This document shows, piece by piece, positions 1 through 16,036 of a DNA stretch of 64,000 bases. The position numbers and the translations under genes were made by a program. Every line of letters begins with the position of its first letter. The first letter of the stretch is position 1. The notes below the pieces were generated by a model. That model searched no databases. It worked only from the letters and a program-made list of their open reading frames with translations, and had not been told where the DNA came from. Source of the DNA: the human T2T-CHM13v2.0 reference genome, Homo sapiens; NCBI RefSeq assembly GCF_009914755.1, contig NC_060934.1; one strand, 5' to 3'.

Positions 1-236
1 TTCCAGTGGCTGAAGGCCCTGCATGTGAGGGGCCAAATGGCCATTCCGGGCTTTGCGTTGTCTCAGGTGACTGTCCTCATTCTTGGCTCTGCCCTGGCCA
101 CACTCACAACCTAACATCCCTGTCACTAAACACTCATCTTCCCCTGCTGTCTATTGTTTCCTTTTTCTGAGAAGGCCTTCCCTCAGACATCTCTCCTTCA
201 TCCCTCCTGCTGTAGGACAGGTCTCACCTACACAAC

Positions 237-480
237 GAGGCTTCGCTTGGCCACCAGATTGAAAATGACACAGGGGCTTCACTTGGCCACCATATTGAAA
301 ATGACACAGAGGCTTCACTTGGCCACCATATTGAAAATGACACAGAGGCTTCACTTGGCCACCATATTGAAAATGACACAGAGTCCTCACTTGGCCACCA
401 TATTGAAAATGACACAGAGGCTTCACTTGGCCACCATATTGAACATGACAGAGTCATCACTTGGCCACTATGTTGAAAAA
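237..480. repeat. 36-bp minisatellite, about 6.5 copies
   Basis: Unit ACAGAGGCTTCACTTGGCCACCATATTGAAAATGAC is directly visible; 12-aa periodicity in three ORFs. Confidence 0.95.
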
Positions 481-574
481 GCCACTGCATCTCTTCTGTT
501 GGTCTCTATCACATTTCTCTGCTTCATTCATTATTCTTCATAGCATGTGATGCTAGCCAATACATTCATTGTGT

Positions 575-950
575 TTTTTATATAGATATATAAATATATC
601 TACATAAACACATCTATTAGTATTAGTTATAATATACTAATATAACTAGTATTGGTAATAGTATTAGTTAAATTATGGTAATATGTAGTAGTACTATAAA
701 TACATATTATATAAATATACCTACATATTTATATACATATATTATATCATATAGAATATTAATAGTATATTGTTATTCATAATGCATTCATATATATATT
801 AGTTAAGTATTATAAAATGTAGCATTATATATATTAATTTATATGTATGATATAATACTAAATATAATCTTATATATAATACCATATAATTTAATTATCT
901 AGAAATATGTAGTACTATATTTTTAAATTTTAAATATCATTTAAAATATT
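575..950. repeat. AT-rich low-complexity tract
   Basis: Nearly all A/T with TATA/ATAT runs. Confidence 0.85.
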
Positions 951-1599
951 TTTCCAATTCAATGAAGTGGTAATTTGTAGAAATAGGTCCTCTCAAATCT
1001 CCACTTTGTTCACTCCACTTATTATCAAACTTGTCATTAGATTTCTTATATTTTTTTTCCCAAGTTCAACCTGAGAGTAAGCTTATTATTTACATTCTTT
1101 CTCTTGGAACTTACCACCTTTAAAAATTTTATTTCTCAACTGTGAGTTGTATCTTCAAGCAGATTGCTGTCTGATTCAGTTTATTAAAAGAACCACAGAA
1201 AAATCGCACATTATATTTCCATGGTTTATATCTTATTTCATAAGCTGTTCTCATGTGTCATTATAAAATACTGAACCTATTACTTACATAAGCCAGGAAC
1301 TATAAATAAACTATGGCGAAAGAGAAGATATTAACTGACAAACCTAAAAGGAAAATCTCATCTTTGATGTGTTCTCCTGAAGAAAAATACAGATATTTAA
1401 AATGCTATTAAACACCATAGTACACACTGAGTATGCAGACAAAAAGAATACAAGATTACCAAAAATGAAAAACTGACACACTAAACTTTGTATAATTTGA
1501 ACATATATGTTAATAGCTCAGAAAGCTTCAAATTTCATAAAATTTAGAGCAAAAAAGTTGAGAAGAAACTATATTATGATAAAAATGATTTTGTAACTA

Positions 1600-2338
<739 letters not shown>

Positions 2339-3696
2339 GTTAGTTATCTTTTCAAGTTACTATATAACTCATTAAGGGAAAATATTAAAAGAAAAAAAAG
2401 GAGACACGAATAGGTAAAGGGTTGGTTACTGAAAGACTTCTGGGATCTAAGAGTGGAATTTATGTGAAGATCTCATTCCAGGGCAGGCTTCCAAGTCTTG
2501 AGTTCAAGGAGCCTGTGATTGTGTATGCTGGATTTCAGGGACCATGCCCTGGAATTTCAAGCACAAAGGTGTAGAAAAGGGGGTTACATCTCCAGGGAAC
2601 AGCCTTGGAGCACGTCTGAGAAAACTGGGAAGTGAGTCCAGGTCTCCCAAGTCGACTGTTTTACCTGTAAGTCGCTCCCCCAAACTGTAGAAGTCAAAAA
2701 TTCCTGAACTTGTGGAACCTGTGAGCTGCACGTTAGTCCATGCTCCTTATTTTACTCTGAGAGGACCGAGCTCCCTGTGCCGCTTCCAGAACACCTGCTT
2801 CACCTGCTTTATTCTAAATGGGGAATTTACGCAATTCCACACCCATTGACAATGTGCTCGTCTTCTAAGGGTGAGGTGAAAATGAGTAGTCAAAAGTTAA
2901 ATGCAAAGCTTGGAACCTCCTAGATAAAAAAATAAAATAAAAATACAAATCCTGGCGTTTGGGAATTTGGAAAAGGTGTGGACTTAGCTATTGATTCAAT
3001 GACAGTGCGAGGAGGAAGCCAAGTTCACCATCAGTGGTTAAATGGCTCAAATGCAAAGGCTGTGATGAAGGGACTGTGTGGAGGGGTGGGCACGGTTAGG
3101 GGGAGAAACAAGGAATGAGTGCCTGGCAAAGGTGAGACGCAGCCACCACTCTCAGGGATGGAAGCCCAGGGCGGGCAGGAGGTTCCTTGCAGCCTATAAG
3201 GTGGAACCATAGAAAAGTCACTGCCCAGAGAGAGCTTTGGCCATGTGACCCCAAGACATGGTGTCCAAACAGAGGAGATGCGTGGGGATGCCTCTGCCAC
3301 CTCAATTCCCAGGCCTGCCTGGCTTCTGTTGGTCCTCCCACTGGCTCAGCCATCATGACTCCAGCCGACCATGAGCCCAGACACACAATCTGTGGGATTC
3401 AGCCTCCCTGGCTTCACAACATGATAGAGAAGTAAAGAGAATGAATCCAAAAGAGCAAATCGGAGAAGCTGCTGCTACATGTGCAGTCATTTACTCCAGC
3501 AACATCTAAATAAACTCCCAAAGGTCCGTGTTTACCATCAGCCTCCTCCAGAGCCAGGACTGGATCGTCATCCTATTTGTGACCAAGGGGCCCTGCAGCG
3601 TTTCTCACAAGCAATAACAGTATATAACAGCATAGTGAACATGAACAGAATGCCAGAGGCTATGCTAAGTGCATTATCTACTACACCTTGTTGTCT

Positions 3697-3939
3697 TTGT
3701 TTTTTTGTTTGTTTGTTTGTTTTTGTTTTTTTGAGACGGAGTCTCACTCTGTTGCCCAGGCTGGAGTGCAGCGGCGTGGTCTCAGCTTACTGCAGCGTCT
3801 GCCTCCTGGGTTCAAGCGATTCTCGTGCCTCAGCCTCCTGAGTAGCTGGGATTATAGTTGCCCACCACCACACCCAGCTAATTTTTTGTATTTTCAGTAG
3901 AGACAGGGTTTCACCATGCTGGCCAGGCTGGTCATGAAC
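3697..3939 (-). mobile_element. AluS, 5'-truncated
   Basis: T-rich tail, right arm and part of left arm; match ends at GGCTGGTCATGAAC. Confidence 0.93.
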
Positions 3940-4046
3940 ATCTTTGGTTTTATAAGTAGATAATATAGTATTTATTATATACGAACATATTCTGAAATAT
4001 AATATTCAGAAAAAAATTTGCTAGATGCCAGGTGTTTTTGGAAGTC

Positions 4047-4370
4047 TACACTCTTCAATACAGTAGCCAGGAGCAACACGTGGCGTTTGAGCCCTGAAAT
4101 GCAGCCAACTCTAAGTTAAAGTGTGCTGAAAGTGCCTAACCCACCCTGGGTTTTAAAGACTATGAAGAAAAGAATGGAAAACAGTTTATTATATTTTATA
4201 TGGGTTACATTTTTAAATTATGATGTATACATCATGTGAAAATTTTAAAAAATTGATAAAATTCACTTTACCCATTTTTTTTTCATGTTTTCATGTGGCT
4301 ACTAGAAAGCCTGAAGTTAAATCTCTGGCTCACCTTCTTGGCCTGCACCATGTTTCTAGGACAAAGCTGC
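4047..4370. mobile_element. MER33-like hAT-Charlie DNA transposon relic
   Basis: CAATACAGTAGCCA..CACGTGGC..TTGAGC..TGAAATG and ATGTGGCTACTAGAAA resemble MER33. Confidence 0.75.
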
Positions 4371-4519
4371 TGAGTGCTTTCCATGGATGTCAAGAGGCAG
4401 AAACTGGACTTGAATTGAGATCTTCTCACTGGAAAACCCACAGCAGAATCACCATGTTATGTTGCCTACGTCGTTAATGAAAGAGTGAATGAGAACGCAT
4501 TCACCATCCTGAGATCCTG

Positions 4520-4712
4520 CCCTGTCCAAGGCACTAGAGCAGGCACTTTATCTACAATGCTCAGAGCAATCTTGCAACATAGATATTATTATATCCACTT
4601 GGTAGATGAAAAATACAATTTGGATGTAACATACTCTCAGCTGCAAAGCCAGCAGGTAGTTAACCAAACCGCAAACCTAATGCAGACTCCAGAACCCACT
4701 ATCTTTAGCACA
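4520..4712 (-). mobile_element. MIR relic
   Basis: Degenerate core TATTATTATATCCACTT..TAGATGAAAAA and GACTCCAGAACCCA. Confidence 0.55.
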
Positions 4713-7700
4713 ATGTTTTATGACCTTCTTGGTATTAATGTTCTAAAAAACAGGGGCAAATGTTGAAATCTCAGAGATGAAAATGAACGGCGTGTTTCTG
4801 AATATACTTAACATGCTACATTCTAGAGATGTTTAATAACTTATTCTATCACGGGGCATGATTAGCACTAGGCAGAATTTCTCATCCATGAATTTGTAGA
4901 TTAAGAAATATTAATAAGGAAATCTGCATGATAAATAGCATGATGTGAAATACTCAGTTTATCATCAATCACTAAGTATTCACAATGTATGAGAAGCATC
5001 CATCATTCAGCCAAAAGAAGCTCCCACAAATACCTGCTCACGAACACAGCAATCCCTAATACTAGATATGCTTAATTCTCTATCACAAGAGACAATAAAC
5101 AGTCCATGGGAAAGACCAAGGGGACGATCTCACAGCACGATTTTTTCACTGATTACACATCAGAAAGCTGTAAGGGACTATGATTTATGTAGGAAGCATA
5201 ACAAATAATTAAGTCATTTAAAATCATCATCTGTATACAGGAATTAAAAATTACACACAAATTAATATACATGAAGAAAATACTGGAAATAGCCTTCCCT
5301 ATGATACGATACTATTAGCAGTATAGTATTGAAGTGAATTTTGCTCTCTGTTTCTCAGGATTTCTACTTTCTTTATGTTGTTATCAGTTTATTTTTCTAT
5401 GAATGCTTTCTGTTTGCCCACAGTCTTTGTGTGCCCAGGATAGAAACGGTATCCACAATAGAAGTCCTTTCCAGAAATACTTTTTCTTTTTTTTAAATAA
5501 CAAGGGATATTTCTATTAAAGTGTTGTCCAATTAAAATATATATATACTGATTCTTAATTTTAGAACCAAAGAAATCCATTATTTGTGGACAAATTTTAG
5601 AGCCTATAAGGTGTTTTAGTACAAATTTCTTTTATGTGTGAGAGAGAGGCACACAGTAATATCAGTGTAAATTTAATTTTGATTTTTATGATGACAATGA
5701 AAGAAAGCTACTTGGGGAACATAGTTTTGTAATATTGCAAAGGTGGAATAGGAAGGAGGATAAGGTGAAATGGCATCGTTTGAAAACTTAGGGAAAAACC
5801 ATCTTAAATTCCATACTTGCAACAATAGACATAATATCATAAAATATTTCTGGTAAATCTTAGAACGTTTTTATAGCTCATCACTCAAATGAAGCCAAAA
5901 ACTTTACGGAAACAGATGTTGAGTTCAGACCAGTTGGTTGCTCAGTGCTAGATTCATGCTGGATCCTAAATGTGTACATTCTAAGCTGGTTTTGTCGATG
6001 GGAGGCGGTAAAAACAATGACCATTCTATCTGCCCTGGGTTTTGCAATATCAGAACTTGTGCTTAATCACCTTCCATCCCTCCAGAGATGACATCCTCAG
6101 TAGGAAATAGAGTAACAGAAATCATTTCCTCTCTCCTTTTTCCTTCTGTAAAGCATATGGCTAATCTACCCTGTGAAAACTCCAATTTATTTTAGCATTC
6201 ATGAAACTTCATGACTAATTTCCTGAGCCAAAGTATAATTACTTTAATTCGACTCTGCTGGAGAGAATTTGAAAACAGGACTTCTTTAGAAGAAAATTAA
6301 CTTACATAATGAGAGAAGAGATAAATCATATTAACTCTAATTAAAGTATATTAACATTTTGGTTGCATATGAATAAAAATCAGACACAATGAAAGCAGGT
6401 TTCTCATAAAGAGTCAATTTATGGAGATTTATGAAGATTTTAGAAACTTGCAAAATTTCATTACTTAACATCTCTATTAAGATCTTTACAAGCATGCATA
6501 ATGAAAAGCCTAATAAAAGATTTAATAAATGGACTTTTGCTTAAAGTCACACTGATTCAGTGCAAGCAAAGGTTTTAAACCCCTCATGGAGATTAAAATG
6601 ATAATTGTCAATTTAAAAAATACATATGCTTTCCACGTGGTGAGAAGTGGAGAGTTAGAACATCAGAAAGTCAGAAAACTATTCTTAGCCAATGTCAGTA
6701 ATTCCACGGCTTTGCTTCGTATCCCAAGACTGTGATGATTACCTCCGTCTTCCATATTATGTTATCTAGTACATCATAGATGACATATTACCTACAGGTA
6801 ACATATTAACTGTAAATAATAGACTACAGATGACATATTAACTGTAGATACCACAATAACTACAGAGTCCTGGAAAAAAATATGAATGTTTCTTTACCGT
6901 GAAACCATATTTCAAATGCTCCTGTTTCACCTCAATACAAGATATTTAGCTCTGTCTCTATGTGTAGAACAAAAGTCTAACACAAATAGTAGACTTCCAG
7001 GTAAGCTTACTTAAGTTTAACTTGAGAATGAAAAGAATTAATTTTTCTTCCAAAATGCTGTTTCTCCAAATGTATACAATGAAACTGCTCAATGATTGAA
7101 TTTTCAGTATTGCTCCTGAGTAGCTCGTAAGGTAGATGCTCTCAAACTACGTCGCAGAAAACCGCTTTGCCCGTGAAGGTGCACAGTGAGCAGCAGGAAC
7201 TGTGTGTCTAATTCGGAGATGAGATTTGCAGCCACATTAGCCACAGTGCTCTCTGATTTCCAACAAAGCATGCCTGCCTTTTGACGCCGTTCAGAGCCAC
7301 CACACCCCACTGGCCACCACACTTTCACCCTTCACTGCTGGGGTCCCCATGGCCATAAACACTCTGAGCAAGTCTCCTGTTCTGTCATTCACACCACAAG
7401 CTGCTTACAGCTGCCTTTTTTTTTTTAACAATTGTCAAATAACATGACATTACGTCATCAAGCATTTAAACCTCGATGCCTTATAGAAAACAGTTATGCT
7501 CCTGCTGCAAAAAAAAATATGAATTTGTAGATTATCAAATAATATGGATACAGATTTTAATAGAGAAAATTCCAGACTAAAGACTGTGGAAATGTATTCC
7601 AGTTTTACCATCTATACGTCAGTAATTTGGTATTAAAAACAAAGGTTTGCTCATATCGTATTTAGTTATTCTTTTGCAGAGCTAAACATGACACTGCTGT

Positions 7701-7881
7701 TAACAGACACACTCATTTCTACATTCATCATCTCTCACACTCCTTGAAAATATTTATTGAACTGCATTTTTAAAACAACTCTGAATTGTATTTCTGTACG
7801 TACAAAGAGTGAAGAAAGCAGAAAATGAAATTTTCAAAGAACTCAGAGAATAAATGGCAATTTAAAAGCAAAGAGAAGGAG

Positions 7882-8181
7882 GGCCGGGCACGGTGGCCTG
7901 CGCCTGTAATCCCAGCACTTTGGGAGGCTGAGGTGGGTGAATCACCTGAGGTCAGTAGTTCGAGACCAGCCTGGCCAACATGGTGAAACCCCATCTCTAC
8001 TAAAAGTACAAAAAATTAGCCGGGTGTGGTGGCATGCGCCTGTAATCCCAGCTACTTGGGAGGCTGAGGCACAAGAGTCACTGCAGAGATTGCAGTGAGC
8101 CAAGACTGCACTACTGAACTCCAGCCTGGACGACAGGAGTGAGACTCCATCTTAAAAAAAAAAAAAAAAGAAAGAAAAGAA
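7882..8181 (+). mobile_element. AluS (Sx/Sz-like) with a small right-arm deletion
   Basis: Full dimer lacking the TGAACCCGGGAG segment; 17-bp TSD AAAAGCAAAGAGAAGGA at 7864-7880 and 8182-8198. Confidence 0.95.
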
Positions 8182-8774
8182 AAAAGCAAAGAGAAGGAAA
8201 ATATAATTGTAAAAGGAAAACAAGAAAAAATAATGATCAAAGTCTTTCTCATAGTGTGGAGGAAAAAATTCCTAAGCACAATAACACAGTAAACTGATTA
8301 TAATTCTGGGTTGAATATATATTTTAAATGATATGTTGTAAATACTTAACTGAGATGTTCATAAATGAGAGGGGAAAAGGTAGGAAACCCCAGGGGTAAG
8401 AAATGAACAGAGATGAGGTTTCCCCAAGAAGGTTCCCCGTGTGGATACGCTTCCCCAGGATAGGACTGCAGGGATCTGGGGCAGCGCCTTCTCATGGCGC
8501 AGGGTCTGCATGTGGACAGAAGCAGGAGACCTGAAGCCCCAGCAGCTGTGCCCTGATGTTTCACGGCTTCCTCTGTCCAGTCGCACGCAGAGTTGAGACC
8601 TGAAAACACACAGCCAATGTGCCATGAAGAAAACCTCAAAATATGAACTTGTTTTAAAATGATCCTGGGTTTGCACTTCACACACGTAAAGGCAAATACT
8701 TGAGAGAAATGTGGTTCAACCAACAATCCCAGTGTTCCCAAAGATAAAGCACAATTGAACAAGGACTTAATATA

Positions 8775-9095
8775 AACTCTCTCTCGAACACACACACACA
8801 GAATCACACACCTACTCACATACACACATGAACTCACACACACTGTCACACACACACAGACTCATCCACTCACACACACACGCACTCACACGCATACTCT
8901 CCACTCACCAGCATAGCCATAAGCAAACACACACTTTCATACACATGCACTCACACACTCACACCCACCACACATGCGCACACACAGTCACACATCCACT
9001 CACATACACACATGCACTCACACACGGAATCCCACACACACGCACATGCATACACAAACACACACATGTACACACACTCACACACACACGCACTC
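8775..9095. repeat. Degenerate (CA)n-rich tract
   Basis: About 320 bp of interrupted CA repeats. Confidence 0.9.
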
Positions 9096-9539
9096 AGGAA
9101 AACAAGGTAGCATAAGCATGAGCTGGAAAACGAAACAACCCAAAAAACAGATGTAGAAAAGGACATGGGGCCTCTGAGATTCAGACAGTAAACTGCACAA
9201 ATTATAAAGACAAGAATGAGATGCTTAACTATCAAATTAGAAAATGTCATTTATCAAAGACAAAAAGAAAGGGTGCTGTATCTTGTTTAGGAACCAGTGT
9301 TAAGTCTCCTAAGATAAACAATGTTCTTGTATACTATGTTCTAAAAGTTTTAACGTTTGTCATTCATATTTGATAGTTTAAATTACTTGGAATTGATTTT
9401 TATGTAAGGTGTATTGAAACCTAATTTTGAATTTTTATACATATAAGCAAGCTATCTTTGCAATTTGATCATCAGAAGAGTTTTAAAAATAACGCCGTGA
9501 CAAATATTTTTTTTTATTTTTTTATTACTAACATTTTGT

Positions 9540-9620
9540 TTGTATTTATTTATTTTAGAGACATACTCCACTGTTGTTGTCCAGACTGGAGTGCAGTAGC
9601 ACAATCATAGCTCACTGCAG
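9540..9620 (-). mobile_element. AluJ/FRAM 3' fragment
   Basis: TTTAGAGAC..CCAGACTGGAGTGCAGTAGCACAATCATAGCTCACTGCAG. Confidence 0.8.
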
Positions 9621-9622
9621 TG

Positions 9623-11375
<1,753 letters not shown>

Positions 11376-12107
11376 TTATGTAGTTAGAATGCTTAAGGAT
11401 TCCTATATTTGCAGTACCAAGAGGGAAAATGAAAAAGCACCAGACAGATTATAAAAATAATAGAGGAATCCCATAAGGATTAGATTTACCATGAGTGCAA
11501 AGTGGACTTTTCTGGGTAGAGAACTTTTCAAAAGATTAAAAAAAGAAAGACCCTGTTTTGTAATCAAGGTCAGGTTTTCTCTGAGATCAGGGAGTCAGTA
11601 AGTTCTGTGCAGCAAGAGCTTTTTCTTACTCAAATGTAAAACCATAGTGTCTTATGCAGTGCTCGGAATGTACTAGCTATGCTACAATCATAAGTTGAAC
11701 AAATGAAGAAATGACCTGGTTGCCATCCCATGTTCTTAAAGGTATTGAAATATCCTCACTGATGATGTTGATCGGCTCTGGATCTAGGTGTGGGTATGGA
11801 GATCACTCCATTGGTATTGACAGGGTAGTTTTCCATGGCCTCCTTGCTACAGCATTAGGGACAGCGTTAGGGAAGAGAGTCCCCCGGGTGCACTGTCTGC
11901 CCGTGTGCCAGTGGCTCATGTGAAGACAGAGGCAGTGAGATTGAGGACGGCAGAGGCAGCCCATGGACACCCTGACTGGCAGTTGCTTTTATATCTGGCT
12001 AATGTTAACTCTTGCTGTTAATAATTCCTGTGTGATACCATGCAGCAGGAAATAGATGTAACCTTAGAAAGACAAACATACCCACGGTGCAATTATTTTC
12101 CATAAGT

Positions 12108-12109
<2 letters not shown>

Positions 12110-12145
<36 letters not shown>
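12110..12145. repeat. (TG)n microsatellite
   Basis: Perfect dinucleotide run. Confidence 0.97.
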
Positions 12146-12148
<3 letters not shown>

Positions 12149-13931
12149 CCTCCAAAGAAATTTATCATTAGCTGTCACTTGTTTACTTTCCATGAAAGGT
12201 GTTTCTTCCATGAACTAATTTGTCAAAACCATGCCAAGTGTCACAGTGTGTCTCAGGGAGGTCTTAGACCACCCAAGCCAAAAAGGGGGACCAGCAATGT
12301 TTATGTTCTTATTCTTGAGGTGAAGATTGGCACATTGAATCAATCAGACAGACAGGACTCTGTCTATTCATATTGATAATATTGTTAATGAAAATATAAA
12401 TGTTCTTATATGCTATATTTTTCTTTTCATATGAGATTATTACAATAACTGTGGAAACTGAAAATTGTATGTAAGTCAGAAACAAGCATTTCTGCCTCCA
12501 GTTTTAATGTGAGAAATACAAACAACTAAAGTGTTAAAGCAGAAACGTTTCAATTTTCTCATTGATATATGCTGTGTTTTGTTGCTCACAGATACTAAAT
12601 AGTTCAAAAAGCTACTGAAAAATTATTATAATTGGTTTCTTGGGTCTCTAAACTATATTCATTGGCTTGTCAACCATTTTCACAGTTGAGTGATTTCAAG
12701 AGTGTATCTGCAATTTTGCCTGCTATTTGTTATTTTTGGAATATATGTTCTATTTTTACTTCCTAGAATAAGTAACAGGACATGTATAAGGTCACAATTA
12801 AGTATGGAAGTACCCATAGTTAGATCCTGCAATTTATGTTGTGACAAATCTTTCTAATTACAAGCTTGGAAATGCCCACAGAGGTTACATCTACACAAAA
12901 AAAAATGCAAAAGTATTTTCTTTGTCAAAATGTTTGTATATTTACTGAGTGCATTTTCAAATGACCCCTGACACTTCTGGTAAAAAATGCTTCTATTTTG
13001 AGAGGGTTTTTGCAAAGTACACTTTTCTTTGGTATCATATAAATGACCTTTCTGAAGTAACATTGAGTGAAAAACTTACCCAGTGAATTAAAATTATAAA
13101 ATTACTACTTTATCAGCAAAGTGCTGGATGAGTAACTTTAATTTTCTGAGTCTTTGGCAAGCATGTGACTGCATTAAAGAAGTCATCAATCTTTTTACCG
13201 ATGACTCAGTGCAGTTCTGACTTCCATGAGGTCCATCCAGTGCCCTCCAGGAAGGCTGATATTCATTTACCCTTCCCCCACGCCTTCCCCTGGATGCCTT
13301 CGCTTACACCCTTTAGCGGGCTTATTTTGTGACAGTGGCCAGGGATGGGAGCTGAAGACGGTGGCTTCCATGTTCTCTTCACAGATCTGTGGGGGCCCCT
13401 TTACCAGGTGACTCAGAGGAAGGGCGTCTGCTTTCCTCACATTTCTCTCACCTTAAAGCCAAACAACCCTCATGATACTTCACAGATACGGAAAAGATAA
13501 TCCATTTTTTTAGGAATTTTAATGAATTTTGCTGTTGAGGAATTGAATATACCCAAGGAAACTGAGCCAAACTGCAACTCTGACCCAAAGTTCAGCTGAC
13601 CTGGTCTCCAAACTGAAATCTGAATGAAAGCTTTCCTTCCATTTTATTATACTACCAAGAAAGACAATAATTTCTGGCCTCAAAAACATCAACATAGCGT
13701 AGACAAAACCCCACGTATTTTTTAAATACATGGAAACGAAGCAAAGACAGACATTTTTCTGGACCAAACCCGAGCCCACCCATTTTTTATTACTTTCTTG
13801 GATTCAAATCTAGCCAGTTAAACCCCCACCTTGTGAAAAAGGACACAGATGGTGTGTATCCAATTCCCTGCTTCAGTTTTCCTGTGGAGCTTCCTCTAAA
13901 TGGGGAGTGTGACTGGGATGCCTCTGTATGT

Positions 13932-14842
<911 letters not shown>

Positions 14843-15040
14843 GCGGCTTTCCTTTTATGTGGTGACCATCTATTGGCTTCTGTACCCGAAAATTCTGGGA
14901 CTAGGAGATTATTCTTTGGGACTACAGTATTCAAGAACTAGAACTCAACACCAGTCAGACTAATGAATATGTTGGACTCTATTCTTCCCCAAAACATCTA
15001 ACCTTAGTCTAAAAACATCAGAACACTCCCAGCTGAGGGG

Positions 15041-15237
15041 ACATTCTACAAAACACCTGACCAACCCTCCTCAAAACTGTTAAGGTCATGGAAGACAAAA
15101 AAAGTAAAACAAATATATATTGGGTTATATATATTAGACTAGATTATAATATATAATATATATTAGATTTTTTTTTACTTCTCTTGTCTTCCATGACCTT
15201 AATAGTTTTAGGAGCATTGGTCAGGTGTTTTGTAGAA

Positions 15238-15240
<3 letters not shown>
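15041..15240. repeat. Inverted repeat, arms about 75-80 bp, AT-rich spacer
   Basis: 15041-15115 is the near reverse complement of about 15165-15240. Confidence 0.93.

Positions 15241-15320
<80 letters not shown>
15239..15320. repeat. Compound (TG)n(TA)n(CA)n microsatellite
   Basis: Directly visible. Confidence 0.97.
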
Positions 15321-15323
<3 letters not shown>

Positions 15324-15601
15324 CACAGCCAAGAGGATGCTAGAGAGCCAAGATGATTAACTATAATGTGGAAGAGAGAGGAAAGATGAAGCTATAACTC
15401 AGAAAATCTGAATACCATAGATATTTTGTTAATAATAAATAACAATGTATTCATCTTTGTAGAACACAACACTATTCAGTAATTGTAAGAAATCTGCTAT
15501 ACCAAAGAAGGATACTCACAGTAGAAACAGCTGAATGTGAGATTCACGGAAACTCTCTGTCCTTTCACCTTTTTGGTAAATGTAAGACTGTCCTACATTA
15601 G

Positions 15602-16036
<435 letters not shown>

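Larger units (their letters stand above)
14975..15600 (+). mobile_element. L1MC-type 3' fragment disrupted by an inverted duplication and microsatellite
   Basis: GGGACATTCTACAAAACACCTGACCA..CTCCTCAAAACTGT.AAGGTCAT resumes as ACTGCCACAGCCAAGAGGA at about 15319. Confidence 0.7.

Noticed and set aside
8346-9250. His/Thr- and Cys/Val-rich ORFs (also 19261-19611)
   Set aside because: Translations of CA/TG low-complexity tracts.
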